DNA from: Octopus bimaculoides | Lineage: Eukaryota | NCBI RefSeq assembly: GCF_001194135.2 | Contig: NC_068982.1 | Coordinates: forward strand, 168,992,985 to 169,056,984 | Length of the DNA stretch: 64,000 nucleotides | Direction of reading: 5' to 3' | Shown here: in pieces, positions 39,863 through 52,967 of the stretch | How the letters are laid out: each line of letters begins with the position of its first letter | How positions within the stretch are numbered: position 1 is the stretch's first letter | Notes under the pieces: model-generated | What the model saw: the letters and a program-made list of their open reading frames with translations, nothing else | Told to the model about the DNA's origin: nothing | Databases searched by the model: none | Translations under genes and position numbers: made by a program

Positions 39863-41377
39863 CTAGAAAAAAAATGAATTAATCATGACATTAATACTTT
39901 ATAAAGGAAATCATCCAAGTTATTTAGTGACAACACACTGCCACAAAATGGTACAGCACTTATACACTTAGAATTAACTCTTAAATCTCTGTAATGCTTC
40001 CCAGGAATAAGTCTCCCAAACATGTTAGAATCTAAATATATTTAAAAGATGCAGTTAGTCCACACAAAAAAATCCTAAAAACACAAATATTGCATGAACT
40101 TGAATGAAACCTATGGTGATACAATGTAATGGCTGTTGGTATACACTGAGAACATAGGTTTTACTTAATGTTATTGGTTTTTACCTCTAGTACAGGTAGG
40201 TTCAATACAGATAAGTCGATTATACATTGGTGTTTTCATATATCTTTACAACATATTGATTCCTAGCATCGATTTCCTGTATCAGAGCAAAATGTGTTCA
40301 GATAGTCTCTGTAACTTGAAAACTGTACAACTCCCATTAGAAAAAACATCTTTTCCATTGATATGAGAGTGTTGCTCTGTTTAGATGCATATCTTGTGAT
40401 TTCATCACTCATCCTGACAAAAACATTTTCAGGAAATAGTTGATGACTAACAATTCATCACTTGAGGCATAAAGCACCATGATGCATGAAAATCAAAACA
40501 AGAAAAAAAATTCTAAGTAATCCACACAAAAATACACATTGTGTAAACAATAAGTCTTTTTGACAGGATGTTCTTTCTAGAATATGTCTAAACTTTGTTT
40601 CACATACTAAAACAAAAAGTATTTGAACTGAAGTTACATGTAGTTCAGAACTTGATATCAGCTGCAGTTGGTAGTGGTACAGAACTTTGAAGAGTTAAGG
40701 CAATCCAAGAGAAAGCTTCTCAACAAAATGCTAATTACAAGACAGCATTGAAATCTTCCCTTAAACTCATAAATTGTTTTATGTGAGAGTACTATATTAA
40801 AGCCATAATCAATAAAACATGAAACTCTCAATGCAAAAGTAAAATACAGTAAAAAGCTAACTACAACATGCTAGAATTTAGTGATGATATAATAATGAAT
40901 ATGTTATTTTAGACTTGTGAGGTTTAATAAAAATAAATTCTAATTATATTCCACTTCTATACAAAACTCATCATGGGCAACTGAGTAAATGAAGATAGTT
41001 GAAAACCTGAGTGCTAGTAATATGCTGATATAACTATTTGAAATCCTAACAATATCCAATATATTCAGTTTTTGCTTTACTTCAATTCTTAGTAAGTCAA
41101 AGCATTCCCACCATTAGTTTGTGCATTGACTCTAAATAGGTGCAGTGGAAGAAAAACAATTCACTGCTACATGATTAATACATAGCTGATGAGTATTTCA
41201 AGAGCAACTCAAGGATGAGCATGTGTCTCATCATCGTTTGCTTTTTTCCTATGCTGACATGGGTTTGATGAAAATTTAGAAGGCAATTTAAGAAAACATT
41301 TTTTGTTTTGTTTTTTTTTACGACTGAAAATTAGCTGTATATCCTAACAAAATATAATAAACTACAAATAAGGATTA

Positions 41378-41632
<255 letters not shown>

Positions 41633-42035
41633 TCACAAACTAGATAAGCAAACATGAAAACAAAAGAGTCACAATTTAATTTCGAGTAACACGCTAGTTA
41701 GAGGTTGGGTGCTTTTATAAATATGGATTATCGCACATCTTTGTTTCATCTGTACAATTATAGAAATTGTACAATCATAGAAATAATCTCAACCACTCAA
41801 AACGTACATCAAATACAGATGGCAGAGTTGAGAGGGTATCCAAATGTGGGTAAAAAAAACTGACAGGTCATATCCTGTCACCAACACCATTATCAGTAGC
41901 CGACTGGTTGTAAATAGAGAACAGAAAGCTGCTAACACTTTTCAAGTAATGACAGTAAAGGCAGCTTTTAAATAATTAAAAGAGGCTCATTTTTTTTTAT
42001 TCCCAATTCATTCACTTATGTTGTATATACACTTA

Positions 42036-42242
<207 letters not shown>

Positions 42243-45200
42243 TCAAAAAAAAAGAAGTACAACATTAAATTATTCAAAATAGAAAGAAAATACTAAACAT
42301 CAAATCATTAAACCTACAACAATTCGATAATTTAAATGCAAAAGAAGGAAACATATTCCATTTCTTTCCAACAAACCTGAAGGTATTTATATACATGGAA
42401 ATTCCAAAGCTATTTTGAAAACTGTCAGATGGTTGAAATCATCATCATTATCATCTGTTGTCCATACTGGCATGGGTTGGACAGTTTGACCAGAGCTGGA
42501 AAGCTGGAGAGATGCACCAGGCTCCAGTCTGATTTGACATAATTTCTCTACAAGATGCTCTTCCTAATGCCAAATACATAATTTCTTTTACCTTTGTATT
42601 TTACTTCAAACATTTGATTCCTTAGATGGTGTAAAAGTTTACATTGATAGTAATGTACAGCTTTAGGAAACAATAACTCTGAAAGTTATATTCTTTGCTA
42701 CACACTTGTTACCAAGAGAGTTTTTATCTATTATTTTCACTTTACATCAAGAAGTAAACAATCTTAACTAGTAATAATATAACTAGGTTTATTATTAATC
42801 TATCACTATACAATACAACCACATTAGTAAAGCTTTAAGAAATCTTAAATTGTATTCCATCCTTATTTTCATATCAGAGGAATGTTCATAGGGCAAGACT
42901 TGAACCTACAGTTCTAGTGAATTTAGTAGCTGCATCACTAAACTATGGATTCTAAAAAAACACCTATTAGTAATATGGACACAGACATAGCCGTATGGTT
43001 AAAAAGTTTTCTTCATAACCATGTGGTTCTGGGTTTGATAACAATTCATAGCACTCTGGGCAAGTGTCTTCTACAAATACAAAGCCACAATTTGATTCAT
43101 GCTTTGAGTGAAATGTGGTAAACAGAAATAGAATGGACACACAAATCCACATAAATGTGCATATGTTTGTTTATGCTACTTCAAAATTATTAGTGAAGTT
43201 GGCATGTCCCAGCATGGAAGCTATCTAGTAACTGGTAATAGACATACAAGAATATATATACCATATTTAAATGAAAACATATTAAATATTTTTATTACAA
43301 TTGTAACAATTACCTTATTATCTTTATAAATTGTGCTTGCCATGAAAGAATCTTTAGTTACACTTTAACTGCTGACTAGCCCATACACACACACACAAAC
43401 AATATATGATTGCCACTTCTTTACAGAAGAAGGCCATCTCTTCAATTAATAAATACTGTAATGAGATCTTATATGACTAGCAAGTCCTGCTCTTAACAAA
43501 CAAATTTTACAGCAGATTTTACAAATGTCGACTTTGCATTAAAGCGTTTAACATCAAAGCCCTTACCTGTGGTTCTGAAGTTAATATCGACAAACTATAT
43601 ATATAAATATATACACACACACACACACATTATATATACGCACATGCTGGCATACATTTTAGCATTGTTTCTGTTCTCATAGTGAAATTAAGCTTTCCTG
43701 GAGTCAATGGTATCAACTAAATCCCTACCCTCAAAATTACTGGCTTTGTGCCAAAATCAGAAACATTTTATATCTATCCTGAGATACACACTTCAATTAC
43801 ATTTGGTGGGAGGGGGGAGAATAACTAAACTCCCAAACTTTGCAACATCTTTATATTCTTCCTTCTCCCCGATTCCACTTCTTGTTTAGATCTTGTTCTT
43901 GCATGTATAACTCCCAATCAGGTTCTCATTTCTTAGAATCCTGTCTTACTCCCCCTCTATTTTTCTCATATTTTCTCCCTCCATCTTTTTATTGATTCCA
44001 CCATTTCTACANNNNNNNNNNNNNNNNNNNNNNNNNNNNNATTTGAGTTACTTCCCTTAGCATTATGCAAAAGGTAGGTAGGCACTTCAGCAGCCACCTA
44101 AAAATAGCACAGTTAAAAATCTATACAGATTTTTATATTCTATTTCAAGATAGCAAGTTGGGAAAAAATTTAGATATTAAGTTCAATTCATAACTACATA
44201 GTTTCAGGTTCAATTTCACTGCATGGCAATCTCTTCCACTAGTCCCGGGTTGACCTATACTTTGTAAGTGAATTTGGTACATAGAAACTGTGCGTCTATC
44301 ATGCATGTGTGTGTGTATTTTTTTTTTTTTTCAGCATTTGTTTTGTTTACATGCCGATAGCTTAGGGGTTTAGTAGAACAAGTAAAAGACTTAAAAAATA
44401 AGTACTGGGATTGATTTGTTTCACCAAGTCCTTCAAAGAAATGCCCCAGAATGACAGTAGTAAAAAAGTAAGTTATGAAAAACTGAAATAATCATTTTAT
44501 AAGTAAATATATTTTTCATAATGTTGAGCTTTCAACTATGAAGTTAAGTAGCATATCCTGTCAGCTAAGAAGATTGGCACAATAAATAATAATGTATCTT
44601 GTTTGATGGTACACAACATATTACAAGGGTTGAACTCATTTTGAATAATCCAATATCTAACAAACACTGTCTCTTAAAATTGCATGCTAATATTTCCACC
44701 TCAAATGTAACTAGTACTATAGAGAACAGTTGTTCCATGCTCCTAGAAAATTGAATCAACTGTGAAGGGAATCGACAATGAGGCACCAATAATGGTTGTA
44801 ATGAGATTTGAAATCTTTCTCATGCAATCAGTTGTCTACCACCATGACTTTATAAACAGAGCCTTGTTTAGTTATTGTCAGCCCTGACAGATCAAACCCG
44901 TTCCAGCTATGACCAGCCATCCTCTTAGGTGGTGTGTTTCCAGGACGACATTATCCAATGCATTCTTCCTTTCAGACAATACAGTGGAGCTTGAAGGACA
45001 TTTGACTGTTAAAATCTAGGTCAAACCATCATAAAGAAGCTCCCTTTTTTTATTTCTAAATGAGATATATTAATGAAAAAAAATGTACTATTTCTTTTGG
45101 TATTAAGTCAGTGCTAGTTTGTTTGTTTTTTTGTTTTCTTTCTTTTTTTTACAAGATTTATATTTTTGACATTAAAACTTGGACAATGGTTTCAAATTTC

Positions 45201-45449
45201 GGCATAAGATCAACAATTTTGAGAGGAAAAGGTTAGTCAATATCATCAACCCTACTACTTGACTGGTACTTAATTTTATTGACCCCAGAGGAATGAAAAG
45301 CAAAGTTAACCCCGGTGAAATCTGAGCTGAGAACACGAGTTGGAAGAAATACTAGGCAATTCGTACAATGTTTTATCAACCCTCTCAGATAATAATACCA
45401 TCACGTTTAACATCTGCCTGAAAATAAAATTATGAGTTTCGGAGATTTA

Positions 45450-45629
<180 letters not shown>

Positions 45630-46073
45630 TTATAATTTTCACTAATTTTATCAAATATACAGTTCACTATCAAGTCAGAAAACATTTCAGTTCTTCTGAA
45701 AGACTTCACACCCTTCAAATCACCCAAATGGAAATTTCTACATATCTCAACACCCTTTATTCATGGAAATCCAAATGTCTTACACCGAAATATCCTTTCT
45801 CACACGTTTTTCCTTTTTTGACAAACTCTTCATTATTCAACGCGTTTTTAACTTATTTCCATGCCCCAACAACTCCAATTTAATATTCTATCTGAGTCAA
45901 TCTTCCACGTAACTTCTATTCTGAATAAACCAGTTGTGATGACAGTAGTAGTTTAACAAAAGATGTAATTAAAAGTTAACTTCTTTAAGCAGTAACAAAA
46001 TTTCGGTTTTCTAATAATAGCTTCTAAAAATCGAACACTAAATTCATTTTCTTTGTGCCAAACATATACTTAA

Positions 46074-46409
46074 CCCTTTTAACTGTGGAAATCAGATGTA
46101 TCCACTCAAAATTTCATTACCCTTAACTGCGAAAAACAGTTTTTGTTGAGGAATGTTACAATCAAAACTACTTATTGAAGATTATTGTGTTGAAACTACT
46201 GTCTGTTGAGATATGTCAAGTTTATTGGGGCAGTGAACTTGCAGAAAATACATTATTATATTTTTTAATAGATATTCAACACCATAACTGGAATAACCAT
46301 GACATTTAATTTCACAGTTAAAGAGTTGAACATTTACAATTGTTCTTGATAAATCTTTACTGCCTCTCATTATTACACATTGAATGTAAAGCACAAAGAC
46401 ATTAAAGAG
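46074..46409. mobile_element. TTAA-flanked piggyBac-type MITE
   Basis: TTAA|CCCTTT ... AAAGAG|TTAA termini (TTAA at 46070-73 and 46410-13). Confidence 0.6.
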
Positions 46410-46421
46410 TTAAAACATTAC

Positions 46422-46549
46422 CTGTAAATGGATTTAGCTGTATCTGTGGTTTGGGGATATTGAACTGTTCGAAGATCGAAATCTTCTTTTCGGGTTTCCT
46501 GCCTTCCTTCATGTGGTCTTTGTCACTTTCTCTATGTCTATCTTCATCC
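46422..46549 (-). CDS. DHX15: DHX15 coding exon A (most 5' exon identified): DEDRHRESDKDHMKEGRKPEKKISIFEQFNIPKPQIQLNPFT(G)
   Basis: Acceptor tttttcag and donor GTAATG. 128 nt open frame with a charged N-terminal tail ending in NPFT. The terminal G joins GC of the next exon to give [13 protein letters not shown], a conserved DHX15 segment. Needs an upstream phase-2 exon. Confidence 0.88.
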
Positions 46550-46615
46550 CTGAAAAAGTTTTAAAATCATTTAGCTAATTACTGTTTATTGAACCAAGAA
46601 TTTCCCAGTTATATA

Positions 46616-47857
46616 TCAGGTTGGTGCCAAGGTAATGGCCAGTTTTTTAGAAAACAGTTTTAGATAGTATTTTTTTTAAATTGTACCTCTTGCAATGTTT
46701 TAAGAATGTCACAATGAGTAATTTATACATTTTTCTTTCAGATTCTGATTGTATTGGCCATAATCTTCTGCTATATTCACATCCACATTCGTCCCATCTA
46801 AACATCATATTAACGTCTCTCACTCTATGAGTTTCATAAAGGTGTCAATGAAAGCACAGACGGCAGCAAAGTCTCTTCAGAGAGATTATAGGGATGATGT
46901 AGTGAGAGAAAGAAGTTGCAATTCAGAAGAGGGGGATTTGAGTTTGAAAGACGAGCCAAAAGAAGGTCATTCATAACAACTTGATTCCGAAGAGTTGGAA
47001 GCTGTTGTCACAGAAACTCCAACTGCTATTTGTAGAGAACTTACAAAACAGTTTAACATAGCCCATACAACTGTTCTACGCCAACTGAAAAGGATTGGAA
47101 TGATTTCAGTGGTTGGAAAATGAGTCCTGCACAAACTGTCTCCAGAGAATCTGCAACCGCATGTTATTTGTCAGTCATTGCTTTCACAACACCTTAAGGG
47201 ACCATTTTTAAGAAGACTTTGTACAGGTGATGAGAAGTGGATCCTATACCATAATGTTAAATGCCACCAATTGTGGATCAGTAGAGGAGGAAACCCTGTT
47301 CAATAACCAAGAAGAGGACTTCATCCAAGGAAGACCATATTGAGTGTATGGTGGGATATTGAAGGATTTGACCATTATGGACTGTTAGACAACAATCAAA
47401 CAATTACTGCTAAGCTCTACGGTAATCAACTTCATTTGAAAGCAGCTTTAAACAGAAAGCGACCCTGCTTAGTCAACAGAAAGGATATTATCTTCCACTA
47501 TGATAATGTTCGTCCTCACATAGCTCAACTGACCAAAGATCCTTTGGAAGAGCTTGGTTGGGAAATATTGCTTCATCCTCCATATTCTCCAGACCTTGCT
47601 CCTTCTAATTATCACTTGTTTCAGGGACTACAGAACCATTTGAATGGTCTTAGATTAACATCAAGAAAAGAGGTTGAAAATGAACTGGATTCATATTTCG
47701 CATCAAAACCTAAACAATTTTACAAGCATGGCATTTATGGAACAAAGTTCTGGAAAGCAATGGAAATTATGTTAACGAATGAATATTGTCTTAATCATGG
47801 GCTTTTACATTTTTAATAGAGACCATAAAATCAGCCGTCACCTTTGCACCAAACTAA
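46616..47857 (+). mobile_element. Full-length degenerate mariner (Hsmar1/MADE1-like TIRs), about 1.24 kb, TA-flanked
   Basis: Left end TA|TCAGGTTGGTGCCAAGGTAATGGCC; right end reverse complement TA|TTAGTTTGGTGCAAAGGTGACGGCT. Motifs TGDEKW, SVWWD, HYDNVRPH and HPPYSPDLAPSNYHLF. The N-terminal part is broken. Confidence 0.95.
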
Positions 47858-47933
47858 TAGTAATGGTTAAGATGAATAGTTTGTTTAAAATTTATTGGGA
47901 ATATACAAAATACAAAGAAAAGGAAATATCAAT

Positions 47934-47971
<38 letters not shown>

Positions 47972-50107
47972 GTTAAAGCATTAGGAAGGGCATCTAACCA
48001 TAGAAACCATACCAAAACAGACACGGAGACTGAACAGCCCTTCAGCTGGTCAACACCTGTCAAACTGCCCAATCCATCCCAGTATGGAAAACAGACATTA
48101 AATGACATTATCAAAAAAGGATACTAATTAAAATAATTTGCTACAAATTTAGACTTTGTTATATAAATTTTTAAAGAAAGTATATTTTTATATATTGTAT
48201 GACCAAATATTTGTCTCAAAACATTCTATATTTTAAATATGCAAAAATTTTATATGGTCAAATGTTTGTTAATCTACATTCATAAGGTATAGACTCAGTT
48301 GGTAGCTAACCTTTTAAATAAGTGTAGATAAACCACATATGGCTAATGCAGAGACAGTGGAAACATTTCTGGAAAGTGTTACCAAGGAATTTTTCAGTAA
48401 TAGATTTAATGAACTCATTATACAGTATGTTCTCAATGCTAGTTTTTCTAGTTAGTCTATCACTTCTCTTTTTCCCCAGGAATGTTGCTATGACAAAGAC
48501 TCCAACAAAACATTACCCGAAGATAGGAAATAATTTTGTTTCTCATAGAATGTAACCAACGTTATTTAGTTTGAAGTGATAATGTAGTTCAAGATAAAAG
48601 ATGCATTTAAGATATGGTGGGGGGGGAGACACATAACTCTTCCTGGTGCAAACAGCTGACTGACAGATTTCATTTTAACTTGGAAACGATCAACTGTAAA
48701 GACAGTTGATCCAGTAACTCATGAAAATTTGAATTAGTAAACTACTCTAACAAGGTTTACTTAAGAAAATGGATGAGAAATAGAACTAAATAAATTTTTA
48801 AAAATCCAAGAAGGAAAATTATTATATTGATGAGGAAGATAGGAAGGGTGCCAATAATTCATATTTATCAAGGCTAGACAGGTTATGTTTATATGAATAT
48901 TTACAAGTTACTGAAGTATTCATGACTACTCTGTCTACTTTATCACATAATAGAACAGATAGTTGCTATGAAGTAGAAAGTAGTCAGCCCTGATAGAAAA
49001 GTCATGATGTCACATAAATAAAATGATGCCTAACTAGGACAGAAATGTTAAGATCAGTATTTTATTGAATTGTTAACTATCTAAACACACAGGCATGACA
49101 GTGTGGTTAAGAAGTTCACAACCATATGGTTCAAGGTTTGGTCCCACTACACAGCACCTTAGTGTCTTCTACTGGAGCCTTTGACTGACAAATACTTTGT
49201 AAGTAGGATTTGTTACCAAGCTATGCAAAAGCCTATAATGTGTGTCCTTCTATATCTCAAAACTTAGTAGTTCAACAGTTATCATTAAAATAAGAATGAG
49301 ATTGAAATAAGTACTGGGGTCTATGCCATCAACTAAACCCTCAAAGGCAGTGCTCCAATCCAATGACTACAACAAATTAAAATTTCTAACATAAGCACAA
49401 ATAGAAGAGGCTATTTGATAATTTATCAAACTTGAAAAAAAGGCTAAGATGACCTGTGTGATTTGACTTCAAATGTAAAGAACATAGTAAATACTGCAAA
49501 GTGAACAGAGTTACAATAATTGCACTATATTTTAGGATTTATGAATGAAGACAAAAATATTTCTAAGAGTGGTATGGAATGGTAAGAAGTAATATAACAC
49601 AACTGAGAAGAAAGGGGTGTTTAGTGGAGGAAGGACATTACATTGGAAAGAAAGGCATATGTTTTTTCAGTTAAATGCACATGAGAATAAATTACTGAGC
49701 CTTGCATCAGGTTCTGACGCAAAATGATCACGACACATACATATCACTAAGTTCATTCAAGATGATGAACTACAGACCATAATATGGTCAACAGCTTAAA
49801 GTTTGTTAAAGAAACAATATTATGTTACAAGACAAGAAAGAAAAAACATAACTCAGTATGCTGCAGTCCTTGAATCCACAAGGCAATGCAAGAACACCCA
49901 GCTGTATATGTCCTTTCTTCAGGGTATAAATCTTTTGCCCATTTCAGTCATTAGACTACAGCCATGCTGGGGCACCACCTTGAAGGATTTAATCAAACAA
50001 ATCAGCACCAAACTATCGGTCTCTTTTGCCAAATTTTTCAATTATGAAGACACAAACCAACACCAGTTGTTGGGGGGGGGGGGGACACAAACACAAACAG
50101 CCATTAT

Positions 50108-50600
50108 GACAGGCTTCTACATTCCACAGTTTCCATCTGCCAAATTCATTTGCAAAACATTGTTCAACTCTGAGCTAATAGCAACAGACACTTGCCCAAG
50201 GTGCTGTGCAATGTGACTGAACCTGAAACCACATAGTTGTAAATAGGTACAATGTAAATGTGGAGTGGCTGTGTGGTAAGTAGCCTGCTTACCAACCGCA
50301 TGGTTCCAGGTTCAGTCCCGTTGCATGGTACCTTGGGCAACTGTCTTCTACTATAGCCTCAGGCCAACCAAAGCCTTAAGTGGATTTGGTAGACAGAAAC
50401 TGAAAGCAGCCCACTGTATATATATGTATGTGTGTGAGTATATGTTTATGTGTCTGTGTTTGTCCCCCCACAACATCGCTTGACAACCGGTTCGGCAAAA
50501 GAGGCTGATGGAATAAGTACTAGCTTACAAAGAATAAGTCCTGGGGTAAACTTGCTCAACTAAAGGCGGTGCTCCAGCATGGCTGCAGTCAAAAGAATGA
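50108..50600. mobile_element. Inverted (head-to-head) pair of SINE family 1 copies
   Basis: About 50108-50240 is a minus-strand copy (CACTTGCCCAAGGTGCTG...) and about 50261-50600 is a plus-strand copy starting GGAGTGGCTGTGTGG. Confidence 0.8.
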
Positions 50601-52782
50601 AAGAATATATTATTTACAATATATGTAACACGAGTAGTGGTTTCACACATTTAGTAAAGTCAAACCAAATTTGAAACCCTCTCAAGCCAATGTTATCTCT
50701 AATTCTTTTGAGGTGAATAAAATAAAGTACCAGTAATCTACTGTGGTAGATTCTACTGACCATGCTCTCTCCAAAAATGTGTAGCCTGTGCCAATGTAAA
50801 GATAGAAATCAATATTAAGTTTATATCATTATATAGCCCACCCAAAATGAAATATGGAAATAAAATAAATAAGTCTAAATTTTATTGCTGGCTGCATTAG
50901 AAGTAGAAAGAAAACTGGTAGATTATGGGGGGAAAAAGCACCACTTCAAAAATACAGGCATAAAGTGCAGAGTCACATGGAAACCCAGCAATTACTAGAT
51001 CCTTCAATGTAGCTAGCCATAATGGCTTGGTAATACAATTATTGTATTAATATTTTATTACCAAAAGGAAAACATGAGAAAAATTAACAGTTTCATGGTG
51101 TTAATCAGGAGGCTATACCAACATTTTGGCAATGTTTCGGCAAAATGTGTTTGGTTGGATTCCAAACAAATTCTGTTCTCTTCATTACAACATAAGTTTT
51201 TTTTTCTTTTACATAAAGAAATAATATATATATATATATATATAAACAACATAACACACACTTTTAGGTCACATTTAAAGAATTGTTGTTTAGTCCTAGG
51301 TCAGCCCTAATCATGGAGATCTATTATCAAAGCCACAACAAACCATGATCATGTCTTTTCTGAGAACAGATCAGACTAGATTAGCCAATACGTTTTTGAC
51401 TTTTTTTTTTAAGGCTTTAGGAAAAGATAAGATTTGACTTATTTCTAGCAGATCGTACAATTTTAGATTGGCTCCACATTTGATTTGATAAAATATAGCT
51501 ATACAAGTAGCTAGAAGTAAAATAGCCAATTAGATATGCCCGGATGTGCATGCTGACAAAAGATTTAACCTTCAGCATTCGGATCACTGTACCAAATATT
51601 TATCCACATTGTTTTGAATTAATCTTGCATTATATTGTATCTTCAAGTTTTCAATTCTGTGATTATTTTAAGAATTGCATTACAGGCTAAGTGTGAGGGG
51701 CCAGATCTGACCAGTTTGAACATAAAATGGACAGAGTATTTGGGCCAAATATGGTCTGTTTAAATGCTAAAGGATCGACTTGAAAACCTCATCACACCCA
51801 GCTGTCTTACCATCACCAACCTTCACCCGTTTCCAAGCAAGGTAATAATTCCTTTGGGTGGACATATTTTCACAGAAGATTATAAATGAACACTACCACT
51901 TGTATGATGGCAATGCTCATTTTTACACCTCAGATCAAGAAAAGGAGAAAGGGACAGAAACTACACACACAATGGGCTTCTTTCAGCTTTTATCTAGCAA
52001 ATCTACTCTCAAGGTTTTGGTCAACTTAGATGAACTAAAAACCACAAGGTTGTAAATGAAACTTTTTAACCACACAGTCAAAACTGTGCAAACAGTGTAT
52101 TGGGTGAAATGTTTTAAGTTGATGTTATCAATAAAGTTTAATCATGTTCTTCCACAACTCTGTGTGTGTGTGTATGTGCAATGTAAATATTTACCAAGCC
52201 CAAAGGGATTTTTAAGAGGATGTACTTAACTTCAATTTCTAAACAACATGAACAATAAATATTTTCCCCAAAATGAACAATTATTATTGACAAGCTGAAT
52301 ATTATGTTCTGCACAGTTACACAAAGCAACCACAGTGACTAACTCTCAAGTCTTATTTTTTGGACAATTTTAACCATTCAGCCATCTATCACTGCTTTTA
52401 GTAGTACCACTCTATCCCTAACTTTTTACATGTCTGCAAACATAATTGACAAATACTAATGTGTCGTAATTGCACACATCAGTAAACTAAAGAGCATTCC
52501 TCGGTGGAAAAGAATTCTACATCTACAAACTAGTTTAATATCACAAAAGTCAGTTATAAATCAATCTCTGCTTAAAAACCAGTTAATACCTTTCAAATAT
52601 ACTTGGTTCCTTGCCTAAACACTGAATTTACACTTAATTTAGTAGTTTAACTTCAGTTTGTTTTAACCAATAATTTTTACTGTAATGGAGAACAATTAGT
52701 AACCAAAATAGACATTCCTGGAAACATTTTAACTGTAGCGCTGAGATTAAATTACACAAAAGATATCCATGAAGCTCAATTA

Positions 52783-52967
52783 CCCTTTGGCATTTAAACC
52801 AACCATATATGGCTCAAAATATTCTACCTGTTATATGTTTAAACCAGCCAGATCTGGCCTCTCGCACCTACCTGAAATATCGAAGCTACAAGATAATGCA
52901 TGATTAATTAAAAACAATGTGAATAAATGAGTATTACACTTGACAAAGCTATCTGAATGCTAAAGAG
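52783..52967. mobile_element. piggyBac-type MITE (CCCTTTGGCATT...AATGCTAAAGAG|TTAA)
   Basis: Imperfect TIRs. Related copies or fragments lie at about 51566-51773 and 31965-32080. Confidence 0.65.

Noticed and set aside
40282-40462. GTGATGA and CTGA motifs on the minus strand suggesting a C/D snoRNA
   Set aside because: There is no terminal stem, no recognisable guide and the spacing is unconvincing; such motifs are expected by chance in AT-rich introns.
51811-51865. ATG...GATG/GTAAGA mini-exon (MSTQRNYYLAWKRVKVGDG) as DHX15 exon 1
   Set aside because: It ends in phase 1 while exon A needs phase 2, and the sequence resembles a decayed interspersed repeat (TTGCTTGGAAAC.GGTGA.GGTTGG).
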